From assembly GCA_951406725.2 (NCBI GenBank), contig OX597832.1:16182001-16246000 (forward strand): a stretch of DNA of 64,000 bases, in the 5' to 3' direction. The notes below the pieces were generated by a model, which made no database searches, had not been told where the DNA came from, and saw only the letters and a list, made by a program, of their open reading frames with translations. The stretch is from Octopus vulgaris. Taxonomy: Eukaryota. The first letter of the stretch is position 1. Each line of letters starts with the position of its first letter. Position numbers and translations under genes: made by a program. This document shows positions 12,497 through 25,499 of this stretch, one piece after another.

Positions 12497-14414
12497 TAAT
12501 GATTTCAAACATAGCCGCCCGTACACCTTACTTAATGAAGGATATTCTTGAGGCGAAGGTTTTATTGAAATGAAATTGGGAGATCACTACTGTTCTTGGG
12601 TGTTTCTCCAGTATTACTTTTGCGACTGTTTTATTTGGGGGTCCAGAGAAAAATTTTGCGCGGCTTAGCGCCGATCATCTATATATATTAGTTTGAGTAA
12701 CTTCCATAAAAATATAGGTCTATGCACATTGACACACGTCTATCGTTTCTAGCAATGATTACTCGCCGATGACATTCATGCTGTGAGCTAAATTGGATGA
12801 GGAAAATAATGAAGCTTAAAAACAGATGCATACATACACATGTACACACACATAAAGGAAATGTGTCTGAGAGTTGAAATCCAAGAGTTTTAAACTTAAT
12901 AGTAGTTTTTAAGTTTTTGTTACAAATTAATTGAAATATCATAGTCTTTTGAGTATAAGTGAGTGTGTGTGTGTGTGTCTGCGTATGTGTATGGGAGTGG
13001 GGTAATTTTAAACGAAATAACAATCAAGGTTTAAAAGAAAGAGAATGCGCATAATAGAATTTGCTAAAACATGCTGAAAAATTAATTGTTGAAGCAAATG
13101 CAAATTTTTAGTCAACTTGTCAGAAATAGCAAAGAGTAAACTTCATGATAAATTTGGTGTGTTTCATAATAATATCATATGAGTGTGAATGCAATAGATA
13201 CGATGATGCTTAAAAATTAGTGAGAGAACATCTTACAACCATGGTATTCGAAGCTGAAATGTTGGTCCTTGATTTTAGTGGTAGGAACTTGAGGTTTTCG
13301 ATGCTAATATTGTTTTTTGATCAATAAGTTATAACTTCTATGTTGAATACGTGAGTGTTTATTATTAAAAAAAGCCTCACTTGTATTTGTCCATTTGTGG
13401 CCTAGTGCTTTGGTTGGCATACTGCCTCAGTACGCCATTTGTTTATCAAACGTTTTGGTGTTGCTTTGGCATAAGTCCAGTGTACAGTTTGCTTGGCTGC
13501 CTGATGACTTTATTTGTTTAATATGTATTTTCTTCGCTTCTTTATGTCCAATAAATACCAATATTCTGGCTTGTTGATATTTTGCGTACGCAGATTGTTT
13601 TCGAAATTTCTTGCTCACTTGCTTTTGTGTCACTCTCTCTCAGCACAGCTGTTTGCTGTTCTTCTGAAAACATCATTTACTATTATTGATATCTGTTTCG
13701 ACTAACTGTTTAGTAGCATATGGTGAATATTTAGTTTCTTCATTCACGAGGGGCCGGGTTTGACCTAGAACAAAATCTAATTAGAAAATCCTGGGGTGAC
13801 TCCAGCAACTAGTGCTAGATGTAGAACTGAATATATTATTACCGTTATAAGTCGCTACATTGAACAAGTGGCAAGATGTTTCCGAACTCCATTCAAAAAG
13901 CATCAATATGTGTCAGCATTTATAAAATGCATAAGGCTTTTGCAAAGAAATGTATTGTATAAATATAATATGGAGGCTTACGTAATCTCAAATATCTTAT
14001 TTATATTATTTCAATTCAATCACAAGAGGCCTCACAATATTCTACACGCTACGTCACGAATAAACAAAACAAAACATTCAGTAGCATATCTACACAAATA
14101 CTATGTTACACAGGCCATGTGTAACTTCATGGGATTACATTAGCACATATGCGAAAAATGTCAATTAATACGAAATTCTTCCTTACTTATTTGGATGTGT
14201 CATCGGCTATGATCCTTTTATTATTGTTTCTTAAAACTCACAAAAAAACTGAAAGTCATTGTAAGTGATTGTGTGCATTACAAATCCTTAACTAGTAAAA
14301 TGATTCGTAAAGAACACAAGAAACGTCTAAAGGTTCCAGTCACATTTAAATGCTAATAAGGATAACGGCGTGCTTGATTATGATGACGATTGGGCATGTA
14401 ACGAATATGTAGTG

Positions 14415-14810
14415 ATCGATGATGTTGATGATGATGATGTCGGCTTAGCCTGTGGTAACTATGTGTTCTACTGTTGCTGGTTTTGATTGTGACGGACACA
14501 TGAGATGGCACCGATTTTGGTATTGGTTTCGAACATGACGATGACGACAACGATGCCGATGATAACGATGATGATGATGATGCGACGACGACGACGACGA
14601 TGATAGTGATTGTGACAGTGGAGATGATGATGATCATGATCATGATCATGATGAGTATTAGGATGAATACGAAGGTGGTAACGGTAACGATATGGAAGAG
14701 TTTGGAGCTGGTGGCAAAAATAAAACTGATTATGATAATGATGATTGTAAGATGACGTCAAGGGCGATCGTGGTGGTGATGGTGAATGTGATGATGATGA
14801 TGATTAAAGT
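14415..14810. repeat. Degenerate (GAT/GAC)n trinucleotide-rich region
   Basis: Direct reading; accounts for the poly-His, poly-Ser and poly-Met ORFs. Confidence 0.85.
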
Positions 14811-17121
14811 GTTAATGACTGCAAACATTAAGAGAAACATAGTAACCAAAATTGCAGTGTTATTGACGATGCTGATTGTCAAACTGATGTTAAAGATTTA
14901 TGATGCGAAACGATAAAAACACTTTATGTTTTCGAAATTATCCTTTATATGTAAGATCACATTAAGAACTTTATGGTTTTTCGGTTGCTCATATACCAGT
15001 ATAGTTATACTATTTAATCAAATATATTTCAAAGAGAGAGACATCACATATTTCTTGGAGCTTTTACCTTTAAATCTAAAATAATATGATTATTACATAT
15101 ACAAATATTAATTTATACGTAAACGTTCCGGGTTAAAGAAAAAAGAAGCAGATTTAGTTAATATCTAACCTCTCATAAGCACATATTCTCATTTTCAATA
15201 ATATCCATCTTAAGATGAACATGAAAAACAATTAAGAAAAATTATATCTCTTCATTTCAAATTAAATTTGTAAATATATATAATTTGATGTTATAGAAAA
15301 TATAACTACGCAAAGTAATCCTATCGTAGGTTTTAATATTAGATGATATTTGTTACATATTCAAAGAAAAACGAAAGGAAAACAACATACATGTGCGTGT
15401 GTTTCGCTTGTGTATGTTTCAGCGTCTGCATGTGTGATCGTATGTGTAGACGTGCCTAAGCATTTGTGCTCGGGCGTAGGTTAGTGTGTGAATATGTAAT
15501 TTCTGAAAATCATAAATTGCCCCATTTCAGCTCTGCAAACATCAGCGAAGTATTTATTGTATGTTTGTGGTTAATAAATTTCTGTTGAATCCTCCGTGTT
15601 CGTATATGTCTGCGCGCGTGTTTCTGGGCATGTATCTGTGTGTATGTGGCTGTGCGTACATTATGTCATATATGACGTTGGAAGAACATATCGACTAATT
15701 ATTCGTCAGCCAGTTATACTGAACAAATTACACCAGCATTAGATGCTAACCTAAAGCAATATTTCATTTATGATGTTGACTCAAAGCGACAACCAATAAA
15801 GACTGATCTACTTATTTATCTTTATTCCCGTTTTCTTTATATGTAACCTCTTTTCTATTACTGTCTCTACCTATCATTTTGCCCTATAGATTACAATATA
15901 TCCCTATTTAGTTACCAATAATGAGCAACAACATTCAAACAACTATAACAAGAAAACCGTTTTATTGTTCCCACTTTCATTCTCTGTCGTTCTCTTCTAT
16001 TGTCTTACTCTCTCTCCCTTTCTCTGTTATCTCAATGTCTACTATCACTGCGACTGTATACACATTTCAATAATAGTGTGCATTTCAATAATGTATTACT
16101 ATAGTCCACTGTCTCTTAGATATCTCTCACGTTTCCTACATGTTCTTCCCCTCTGTCGCACAACAATATCATTTCGTTCTTGTATTAGTTATATATTTAA
16201 GTGTGCGTGTATGTGCATATATCTAAGCATGCCTTCCCAAGAACAAGATCTAACTAGTTGTATGTTTATGTATCTCATACATCCATTTTTTATTCACATA
16301 TTCTTCAATAATTATTTTAAATATTCCCCATTGTCTATGCTAAAAGTCATTAATTTATATTTCCACAAAACACTTTGCTTCAAGTTTTCTTCTAAATTAT
16401 TCGTAATACGCACTCCCTCTACTTTGGGCGCTATTTTGAAATATTGTATCCTACATTCCTCATCACTTGTGCAATCTCATCCTTTGATAATTCAACATAA
16501 AATTTCAATTCCGGGTATATATATATATATTTATACAAGTATAAATATGAGTATAAGTTGCGTTATGTGAATTTATGGAACACGTATAGTACACGAACAC
16601 ACCGAACATTTATTGATAGAGACAAATTTGTATGATTAAATAGGATCTGTTAATAATGATAATATTACAAAAATAGCCTGATGTCGCATTTGTGAGTTTA
16701 TGTATTAGGTTTAGCCTGGTAAATCAAACAACGAGCGCAGAAACGGGTGTAGCGTTAATAGTACCTTCTCTCCCCACAGACTAATAACTGGTAAGTTATA
16801 TATATATATGTATATATATATATATCTATTTTAATGTGTTTATGATTTTTTTATTAATTCTAATTACGTTATTTTATTGTACGATATAGTAGGATTTAAA
16901 ATGATAATATTATTACATTTGCAGTTGGATATAACTTTGTATGTGTACTCTAGAAAATTAGGATGTCCTGAAATTTATGATGTGATCCTATTTGTAAAAT
17001 CACAAATGTGTAATAATTATTATAAGACACAAAAAGTAAATGACTCTCCCCAGACACAACAGAATATGCTTCAACACACGAACTCATGTAAATAATCTTG
17101 TAAACCAAATCCCAAAATAAA

Positions 17122-17167
<46 letters not shown>

Positions 17168-17401
17168 GAAAGGAGGTACACAGAAATTCGGATGGTTTTA
17201 TATTTACAGATATTTATTTGTATATTACATGTTTTATACGTCATATAACTTAGATCATATATTAGCGTTTTCTCCCATTCTAGTGGGTTGTTTTTCAAAT
17301 CGAAATAAGAACCTGTGAAAAACGTTTTGACCATTTTATAGTGTTATTGAGTTTGTAGTGGTGGGGAGGGACATAAGACAGTACATATATATATATATGT
17401 A

Positions 17402-17466
<65 letters not shown>

Positions 17467-17511
17467 GTATGTATGTATATATACATATATATACATATAT
17501 ATACATGCATG

Positions 17512-17588
<77 letters not shown>

Positions 17589-18407
17589 TGTATATACGTA
17601 TTTTAATATATATTATCATTTGTAAAAAAGCATTAATCCGTGAGAAGAAGCATACTCTAAAATGTAGAGCAGTATATATTAAAAATGCGGTACGCCGGTT
17701 CTCGAGATTACTTTACGTTTTCCGTCTATGAAGTGTTTAGCTTTATGGCGTATTGCCATATCCCTGAAACCTGTTGGATCAAGACCTCTTCAACATATTT
17801 TTAAAAGGGCTTAGGCAAACAGCTTCGTGGGATCTGATGATACGCGAAAAAGCGAAACGTTATATGGTCGGGAAACCTCAGGCAATCCCGTACACCCGAC
17901 TTCCCCATTTTCAATAGACGCATAAATATGGCTGTATATTTCTCGTCCATAGTATCTAATGCTTATTTACAGCTTTCTTCCATCGTTTAAGGAAAGAACA
18001 AACATATTTACTCTTCTTAAATTTGGTGTAATTTGACATTTGAAATAATAAAATCAATGTATTATCAACGAAACTGCTATCATGTCAATGACTTATACAC
18101 TCAGAAACAAAGTTCCGTTCTCATGGGAACGCATATACTCACGCAATATCCGCTTCATTCGTTTCGTGTCTCGCTTTCGTTCGCTCTCTCATTTGCCCTG
18201 TGTCCCTGGCTCTATCCGCTTTCTTTATTTTTAACTATTTTTTGGAACATAATCTTACTTTTTTTCTGGCATAACTATTTATTGCGTTCTTCAAATTGCT
18301 ATCCTTTCACTCATTGATTGATTGATTGATTGATTGATTCTAGTTTCAGCTTATGAGCTGTGGCCATGCTGGGGCACCGCCATTTGGTGTTGCTACTTGG
18401 TTTCACT

Positions 18408-21400
18408 TCATGGAGGCTTTCTAGCAATTGCTATTTGGTGCATGAGAGAGTTCGATGCAGCTGCCCTCATCTGCCCCTCCTGCCGTGAAGTTGGTTCATC
18501 TGGGACACCTGACAGGAAGAGATCCAGCTCCATTTTAAAGACATCTTTATCCACCCCATGCAGGTCTATCAGGTTCTTCGGGAGGATATTGAAGAGCTGT
18601 GGGCCTCGGAAGCTCAGGCTATCACAGAATCTTCTCCTACATCTTGATGGCAAGTTTGGAGTCCTAGGCACCACGCAGTGGCGCCCAGTTCTGGCATTTG
18701 CGTAACTCTCGATGCCAAAGTTCAGGACACTTCCCTCCAGGATCTTCCAGATGTATATTATGGCATATCTTTCCCGCCTACGCTCCAGGGAATATAATTT
18801 TAATCTCTTGAGTCTTTCCCAGTAGCTTACATTCTGCATAGAGGCTATCTTCTTCGTGTAGCTTCGTTGGATCGCCTCAAGTTCTGTGATCAACTTGACA
18901 CTGGATGGTGACCATAGCTGAGAGCAATAGTCAAAGTGGCTTAGGACAAGTGTCTTCCAGAGGACCATCATGGTTTCTTGTTCTCTTGTTCTAAAGGTTC
19001 TAAGAATCCATCCAGCCAGCCGTCTGCATTTCATTGTCAGTTTAGCAACATGTACATGAAAGGTCGCGTCATCACTCATGTGAATACCCAGGTCACGCAC
19101 TGATTGTGCCTCTGGGATTGCAATCCCTCCGGGTCCAGTGTATTCCTTGGGTATTGCATTCAGTTTTGCATGCTGATAGTATAAAGCTTGAAACTTTTCA
19201 GCATTGAACTGCATGCTATTCTTTTCAGCCCACTTGTATATTTCGTCCAGCTCGTATTGCAGGTGCTTAGTGTCTTCAGGGTTCTGTATTGCCTGTGAAA
19301 CCTTTGTATCATCTGCATAACTTGTGATCGTGGCTCTCCGCGTGGCTGAGGGCATGTCTGAGGGGGCCATTATGAAAAGTAGTGGTCCCAAAACAGTGCC
19401 CTGTGGAACACCGTTCACTATTTGCGTGCTAATGGAAGTGGCCCCATTGGCTACTACCACCTGACTTCTATTCTTCAGAAAGTCGTGAAGCCATTCTCCT
19501 AGTTTTCCAACTATGCCAAGATCACGCTGTTTGTGACATACCATTCCATGATCGACTTTATCGAAGGCCTTTGCGAAGTCGAGATATATGACTTCCACAT
19601 TTGAGTGGTTGAGCAGTTGTTTCAGCACCCAGTCATAGTGCTGCAGGAGCTGAGTTAAGCAGCTTCTTCCTGGTCGGAAACCATGTTGGGTGTCAGGCAG
19701 CAAGTTATTTTCTTCAAGGAAGGTGATTAGTTTCCTTCTGACTATTCGTTCCATGACCTTGCTGATGTGTGAGGTCAGAGAGATAGGTCTGTAGTTCTTG
19801 GCCTCCGCTCTGCTACCTCCTTTATGAATAGGGCATATTTTACCTTCCTTCAGTTTTCTTGGAAGTTTACCAGCTGCAAGGAAGCTCTGAAAGAGGAACT
19901 GCAGTGGTCTTGCTAAGACTCTCTTACATACTTTTAGGAGGATTGCCGGGAATCCATCGGGGCCAATAGCTGAGTCTGTTTTCATTTCATCTATAGCCTT
20001 TATTACATCGTCTTCCTTTATATCGATGTAATTTATCGTCGCCGCCTCTGATTCTATATCTGCAGTGGTAAAGAAGTCAGTTGGATTGCTGATTTGGAAA
20101 TGCCCAAGGGGTGGAGTGAAAACACTCTTGAATTGTTCATTCAGTATTTCACTTACCCTCATTGGTTTTCCTGTGAGTGTGCCATCCTTTTCAAGGAGTG
20201 GCCCTATCCTACAGTGCACCGTAGCTGTTTCTTTGGCATACCTGTAGAAAGCTCTGGGGTTAGTTTTTATGTTGTCTATAGCCCAGGCTTCTTTGTCTGC
20301 TCTTTCCTTCTCATGGGAGAGTTGCAGACAATTTTCAATTTCCAACAGTTTTATTTTCAGGCGGGACTTTTCACTGCTTTCAATTTGTTTGTTTAGGCGA
20401 TTTGAAATTTTTGTACGCCGTCTCATTAAAATTTCCCTCTCTCTGGGGATTTTGTTCTTGTGTACAGTGGCCTTTCTCTCTGGGACACATTTGTAGCATA
20501 TGGCTTGCATTACAAACATGAATTGTTGAAGTATCATCTCGATGTCCGGCGAGGAGAGACATTCAGGCCAGTTTTGTTTGAGGATCTCTTGCTCAATTTG
20601 TTTCCAGTTTGCCTTATTGAAGTTCAAGCTGGAAAGATTCTGATGGTTTCTTTTAGGCTGCATGTCCGTGCTCTCTTTTGGCCCGTACATGGTCAGCTCT
20701 ACCATTTTGTGATCCGAGAGTAGTGTCGGTGTCACTTTCACATTATGGATGAGATCCATATTATTTGTGAAGCAGAGATCCAGTGTGTTACCTGCTCTGG
20801 TTGGCTGGAGTATTACTTGCTCCATGTACAGGGTGTTGGTGAGGTTCAGGAGGGACCTCGCCTGTCCTCGTTCACATCTTGTCATTCCTGGGAGAGAAAG
20901 GCCCTCGGGCCATCTGACATTCGGTAGATTGAAGTCTCCCATGAGAAGTACACTTATGTGTTGTTCTAATGTGGTTAGAACTTCTATTTTTAAAAGGCAG
21001 TCCTCAAACTTGCCCATATGACTTGGGGCATCTGGAGGGCGATATGTAGCACGCACAACTACATCAAGTTGCCTTATGTGTACAATTAGTGTGTCACACA
21101 CCGAGTTTCAGTATGACAAAAGGACCTGGGGTGTGAGGTCCCCACGTATGTACATAGCAACTCCTCCATGACTCCTTTCTTTCCTGTCGGTCCGTAGTAC
21201 AACATACTGTGGTATGTGTAATTCCGCATCTGCTATGTCCGGTTTCAGATGCGTTTCTGTGAGTGTTATGCATAAGGCTTGATTGCATGCGACAAAGTCT
21301 CTCAGGATCGGGACTTTTGTCCTGTTACTGTGTGTTAGTAGTCCTCTGATGTTCAGTAGGAGCGTCGAGATGAGGTGTATGCTGTTGCCGGCGGTGTCCA

Positions 21401-21509
21401 CCCTGGGTCCATCTGCTGTGGCGGTCTTGTGAACCGTGGGCAGTTCCATCTGCGAGCCTGAGCCTGATGGAGCCAGGTTAGCTGCTGTACAATCTTTTGT
21501 GCCATGCAC
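18408..21509 (-). CDS. LINE ORF2: apurinic endonuclease + reverse transcriptase, about 1033 codons, with one in-frame TGA at 21108-21110
   Basis: ORFs 21108-21509 and 18408-21101 share a frame (LLSY*NSVCDTL). APE motifs: LNIRGL, LTETHL, GGVAMY, YRPP, GDFN, LDLCF, SDH. RT motifs: NYRPISLTS, QHGFRPGRSC, YLDFAKAFDKVDH, GVPQGTVLGPLLF, YADD, RDLGI. C-terminal LERRRER. Confidence 0.93.
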
Positions 21510-21910
21510 AAAAAAGATTCCTGCTCAGCAGCTGCCCTTTCAACAACACGTTGGTGGTTTGTGGTACGCACCACATCTGCGTACCTCCGTTTTGGGGCAG
21601 GTGATGCGTGGTCCATCCCATTTCCTTTCGGTGGTTGGTTTCTGTGGCAGGGTCCCGGGTGTGCAAAGCGGCAGCCTGCACCTCCCTCTCCATGCCGGCA
21701 GGCACCTTTCAGGTAGAACCTACATACCCGTGTGCGCTGCTTGTTTCCATCCTTTTTGGCATATGGATAGTTAGGTTTGCCTCTATCCCTGGCTGCCTTG
21801 CCCCTTGGCTTTGTCTGAGTTTTAGCTTCAGTTTTTCCTCTTTTTTTGGCTTCTTCATCTCCATGTCCATGGCTTTTGGTGCCGGTAGGAGCATCCGCAC
21901 CTGGGTTCAC
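21353..21910 (-). CDS. LINE ORF1 (probably partial) with a CCCH-type zinc finger
   Basis: Basic, Lys-rich region followed by CRFYLKGACRHGEGGAGCRFAH (C-x7-C-x8-C-x3-H). Lies upstream of and overlaps the ORF2 frame. Confidence 0.7.
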   Translation of the reverse strand: MNPGADAPTGTKSHGHGDEEAKKRGKTEAKTQTKPRGKAARDRGKPNYPYAKKDGNKQRTRVCRFYLKGACRHGEGGAGCRFAHPGPCHRNQPPKGNGMDHASPAPKRRYADVVRTTNHQRVVERAAAEQESFLCMAQKIVQQLTWLHQAQARRWNCPRFTRPPQQMDPGWTPPATAYTSSRRSY

Positions 21911-22302
21911 TTTATACTTTATTTTTTGGGCTTATTGACCTCAGACTATGTTTTTCTCTTTGTTAATCATAATCACAAGGTCATCTATTTTATTCTTGTT
22001 TTCTTTTCGTTTTCTCTTGCATTCTTGTTTTCTGTTGGTTCCTGTTCGATTTTACTGTATAACGGTAGTAATAATAATGGCTCATTTTCTTATTTGCCCC
22101 AAGTATCTATACATTCAGACAAACGGATGTGTCGTTACGTTAATGTCGTCTAAAGCAAAAATATCTATTAAATGTATTAAAACATTAAGAGCTGGTAACA
22201 CAAAAAAATTGAAATTATATGTATGTATATATTTATGTATGTACGTGTGTATGTATGTATGCATGTATATATTATATATATATGTCTGTATTTTATCTAT
22301 CT

Positions 22303-22341
<39 letters not shown>

Positions 22342-22351
22342 TAATATACAT

Positions 22352-22482
<131 letters not shown>

Positions 22483-22523
22483 TAGATAAGAAAGTTGGTT
22501 TGTGAAAGCACGTTGTTGAGTAC

Positions 22524-23012
22524 ATAGAAAATAGTAAAAAGTGAAAAAACTACAGAAGGCTTGTTTTAAAAGGTTAAAAAATATATATTTGAGTCAATAT
22601 GTCTGGAGAATATTAGAAATTTTTTTCTTACAATGACAGTTTAGAAGAAAGACCGGTTTCGCGTTTAGCTTTTCAAATTTCTTACGTCGTTATGTTTATG
22701 TTGAGAAGAGTTATCGTTATGTTTATGTTCAAAAGAGTTCTAGATAAACGATTATCTCCCTTACACCGGAAGAAATCACTTATTACCTCCCCTTTTCTAT
22801 AACTCTTTTGAACATAAACATAACGATAACTCTTCTCAACATAAACATAACGACGTAAGAAACTTGAAAAGCTAAACGCGAAACCGGTCTTTCTTCTAAA
22901 CTATATCATTGTAAGAAAAAAAATTATAATATTCTTCAGATATATTGACTCAAATATATATTTTTTAACCTTTTAAAACAAGCCTTCTGTAGTTTTTTCA
23001 CTTTTTACTATT

Positions 23013-23018
<6 letters not shown>
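22524..23018. repeat. Long inverted repeat, arms about 220 bp, 51-bp spacer (Penelope-like terminal repeat)
   Basis: 22524-22744 is the reverse complement of 22796-23018 with few differences. Contains the hammerhead-like motif TTGAAAA-GC-TAAAC-GC-GAAACCGGTC. Confidence 0.9.
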
Positions 23019-23052
<34 letters not shown>

Positions 23053-24740
23053 TTAATGGAAATAAAATATTAAAGTGTAACTTAGAAAACCACAATTATA
23101 AGAATTCTGTCAAAGATTATTTTGCTCACAGGCAGCGTCACACTACAACGATTTCGAGAGCATTACATGGTACCAGTTATACCTTTCATAAATTTGAGAG
23201 TATACAGATCTAAGGACATGAATATTTTAATTGAAAATGGTATAACGGAAGACAATTTGGGGAAAGCATCTAAAGTTGAAATGGATTCATTGCAGTGCCG
23301 GATGTACATAGTAGCATTTTTGCAAAGCGAAATTGACGTGTAAGTTGACCACGAGTATTTTTTTAACAATGCTAGTGGGTGGTGACGGATGGCACCGTAA
23401 ATTGGTTTGTCGATGCTCTAACGGTTATTGTTGCTGTTGTTATTGTGTTGTTGTTGTTGTTTTTGGTTTTGTGGTGGTGCTGGTGCTGGGGTCTTGGTGG
23501 CCGTGGTGGTTGTGATGCTGGAGCTGGCACTGGTAACTGTTAGTCTTATAGGCCGCATGGACAATGTTGAGCTTGTTAGTTTTCTTAGTATTCTTCGTAT
23601 GGCGTAGCGATGTTCTTATATTTCAGGATTGTTTGGCGAATAAATCATATTATTCCTTCCTTTTATCAACAACAACTTTAAAGGCATTTAAGTGTCCCTG
23701 TTAATGTAGAGAGGAAACGCTGTTTTGTGTAGATATTTGTTTTCTAAAATGTCATATACTTTAGCATAGTAGGGAGATGTATTGATTTGCGGTGGATAGA
23801 AACAGCTTCTGAAGTACCACAGTGGTAATAGTGATGGCTAAATAACATGAACAAACACGACATTCATCTCCCAATTATATTCAAACCCGAAAACAGAATT
23901 AAAGAAAACATAGAAAGTGAAAATTAAATAAACAGACAGTGCTTCAAGCGTAAACAATTTCAGTGGCACAATTGAAATTACAAAACATTATAGTGTTTAA
24001 AACATTAATATAATTGAAGAAAAAAATACAATAATAATATAAACGTCATGAACATTAATGACAATACCAATAACAATATCATCAACAACAACAAGAAGAA
24101 GACCAACAACAACAACAACAGCAGCAACAACAACAGCCACATCGTTTATGGTTAAGTAACATTTTGTCATGTGCAGCTCTTTAACATGAGGCAATCGTAT
24201 GGGAAAACGTGCGAAGAGGTCAGGAGAAAAATGTTTCTTAGAAAGATATAGAAAGCTGACGGAGGGGTAAAAGGAAAGAAAATAGTATAAATGATTCTCT
24301 GTCTTTGAAAGTAGTGGGGGAGTGTGTCCTGACCGAAATGCAGCAGAATGTGTACAACTACACCAGGTGAAACTATATAGATACACGTGTCCTGTTGATT
24401 AAATCTCGTTTGAAGTAAACACTGGAGCAGAGAGATGCACCACGGATGTGTCCATAGGGAAAAATTATACATGTGTAAATCAAACAAGTTTTGGTACCAA
24501 GCTCCTACAGGTGTGAAACAACAGCTTACAAAAAAATGAATGGGTGGCAGAAATACACATGCAGTCCGTAGGTGACTGGATACATATGAAATTTATATTG
24601 GGTACACACATGGATGGCTATTCAAAAGTTACATGCAACTCGCGAGACATTCCTTGAATGGTGTGTCGCAGAAAATAAGTTACACTTGATATTAAGTGCA
24701 TATAAACACAATGTTATCATACGGCAGCAGAAGTGGATAT

Positions 24741-24975
24741 ACCTATTTCTTTACTACCCACGAGGGGCTAAACACAGGGGGGAGCAAAGAAGGACAGGCA
24801 AAGGGATTAAGTCGATTACATCGACCCCAGTGCATAACTGGTATTTAATTTATCGACCCCGAAAGGATGAAAGGCAAAGTCGACCTCGGCGGAATTTGAA
24901 CTCAGAATGTAAAGGCAGACGAAATACCGCTAAGCATTTCGCTCGGCGTGCTAACGTTTCTGCCAGCTCGCCGCC
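24741..24975 (-). mobile_element. tRNA-derived Deu/Nin-type SINE, monomer
   Basis: Reverse complement of the GGCGGCGAGCTGGCAGAAACGTTAGC...TCCTTTCGGGGTCGATAAATTAA family. Confidence 0.9.
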
Positions 24976-25499
24976 TTTATATGGTGGATATACCATCTGG
25001 ACGTTGTAGAAAAATCCATAACTGCAGATTATTTCAAAAGCGACACCGTTGCTCGGCAGGTGGTGAGTTAGAGGATAGAAATTCAACATGTAATGCAACG
25101 AGGTGAAGTGATCATTAATTTAATGTACAGAGAACGTGTGGACACTTTTATTTGTTTGCGTCCTTTACGTTACCATCATCTTTCCAAACGGAAAGGCGAT
25201 AAAAATGTTCAGGAGGAATAAATTCAAATTGAATGCGATAACATGAGATCACAGCTGGGTATACACTAATTAGCATGACTCTACGCTCACTTTTAATTTT
25301 AGGCAAATTTCCTTGAATGGATACAATTAGCGTCAGTGCAAATTAGTAAGGAAGAATTGAATAACTTAGAAGCAAACTCTGTTCTATGCGAAATTATAAT
25401 AATGAAGGCAAATAAACCGAAATGAAAAAGAAATAAGTGTTGGAGATGAGCATACTAATAGATTTCTATAGTTAAAAAATGCCATCCGTATTATCTAAC

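Larger units (their letters stand above)
18313..22200 (-). mobile_element. Near-full-length CR1-group LINE (APE + RT) with (CAAT)n tail
   Basis: ORF1 and ORF2 as below, a short 3' UTR, and an (ATTG)n tract at 18313-18339 forming the tail. The 5' boundary is approximate. Confidence 0.92.

Noticed and set aside
13400-13640. Possible GIY-YIG-like remnant (KQSAYAKY...KEAKKIHIK)
   Set aside because: Similarity too weak to support without a profile search.
15965-16570. 201-codon ORF
   Set aside because: TTG start, low-complexity composition, no domain motif; consistent with chance in pyrimidine-rich DNA.
16762-16796. 11-nt microexon-like signal (CCCCACAG...GTAAGT)
   Set aside because: Not frame-preserving, and it resembles a degraded reverse-strand SINE segment (CCCCAGT..AACTGGTA).
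17828-17870. CTGATGA...GAAAC hammerhead-like motif
   Set aside because: Stem II is only 2 bp with unpaired bases, and there is no valid stem I or NUH geometry.
20065-22153. Plus-strand ORFs over the LINE
   Set aside because: Antisense shadows of the LINE coding frames.
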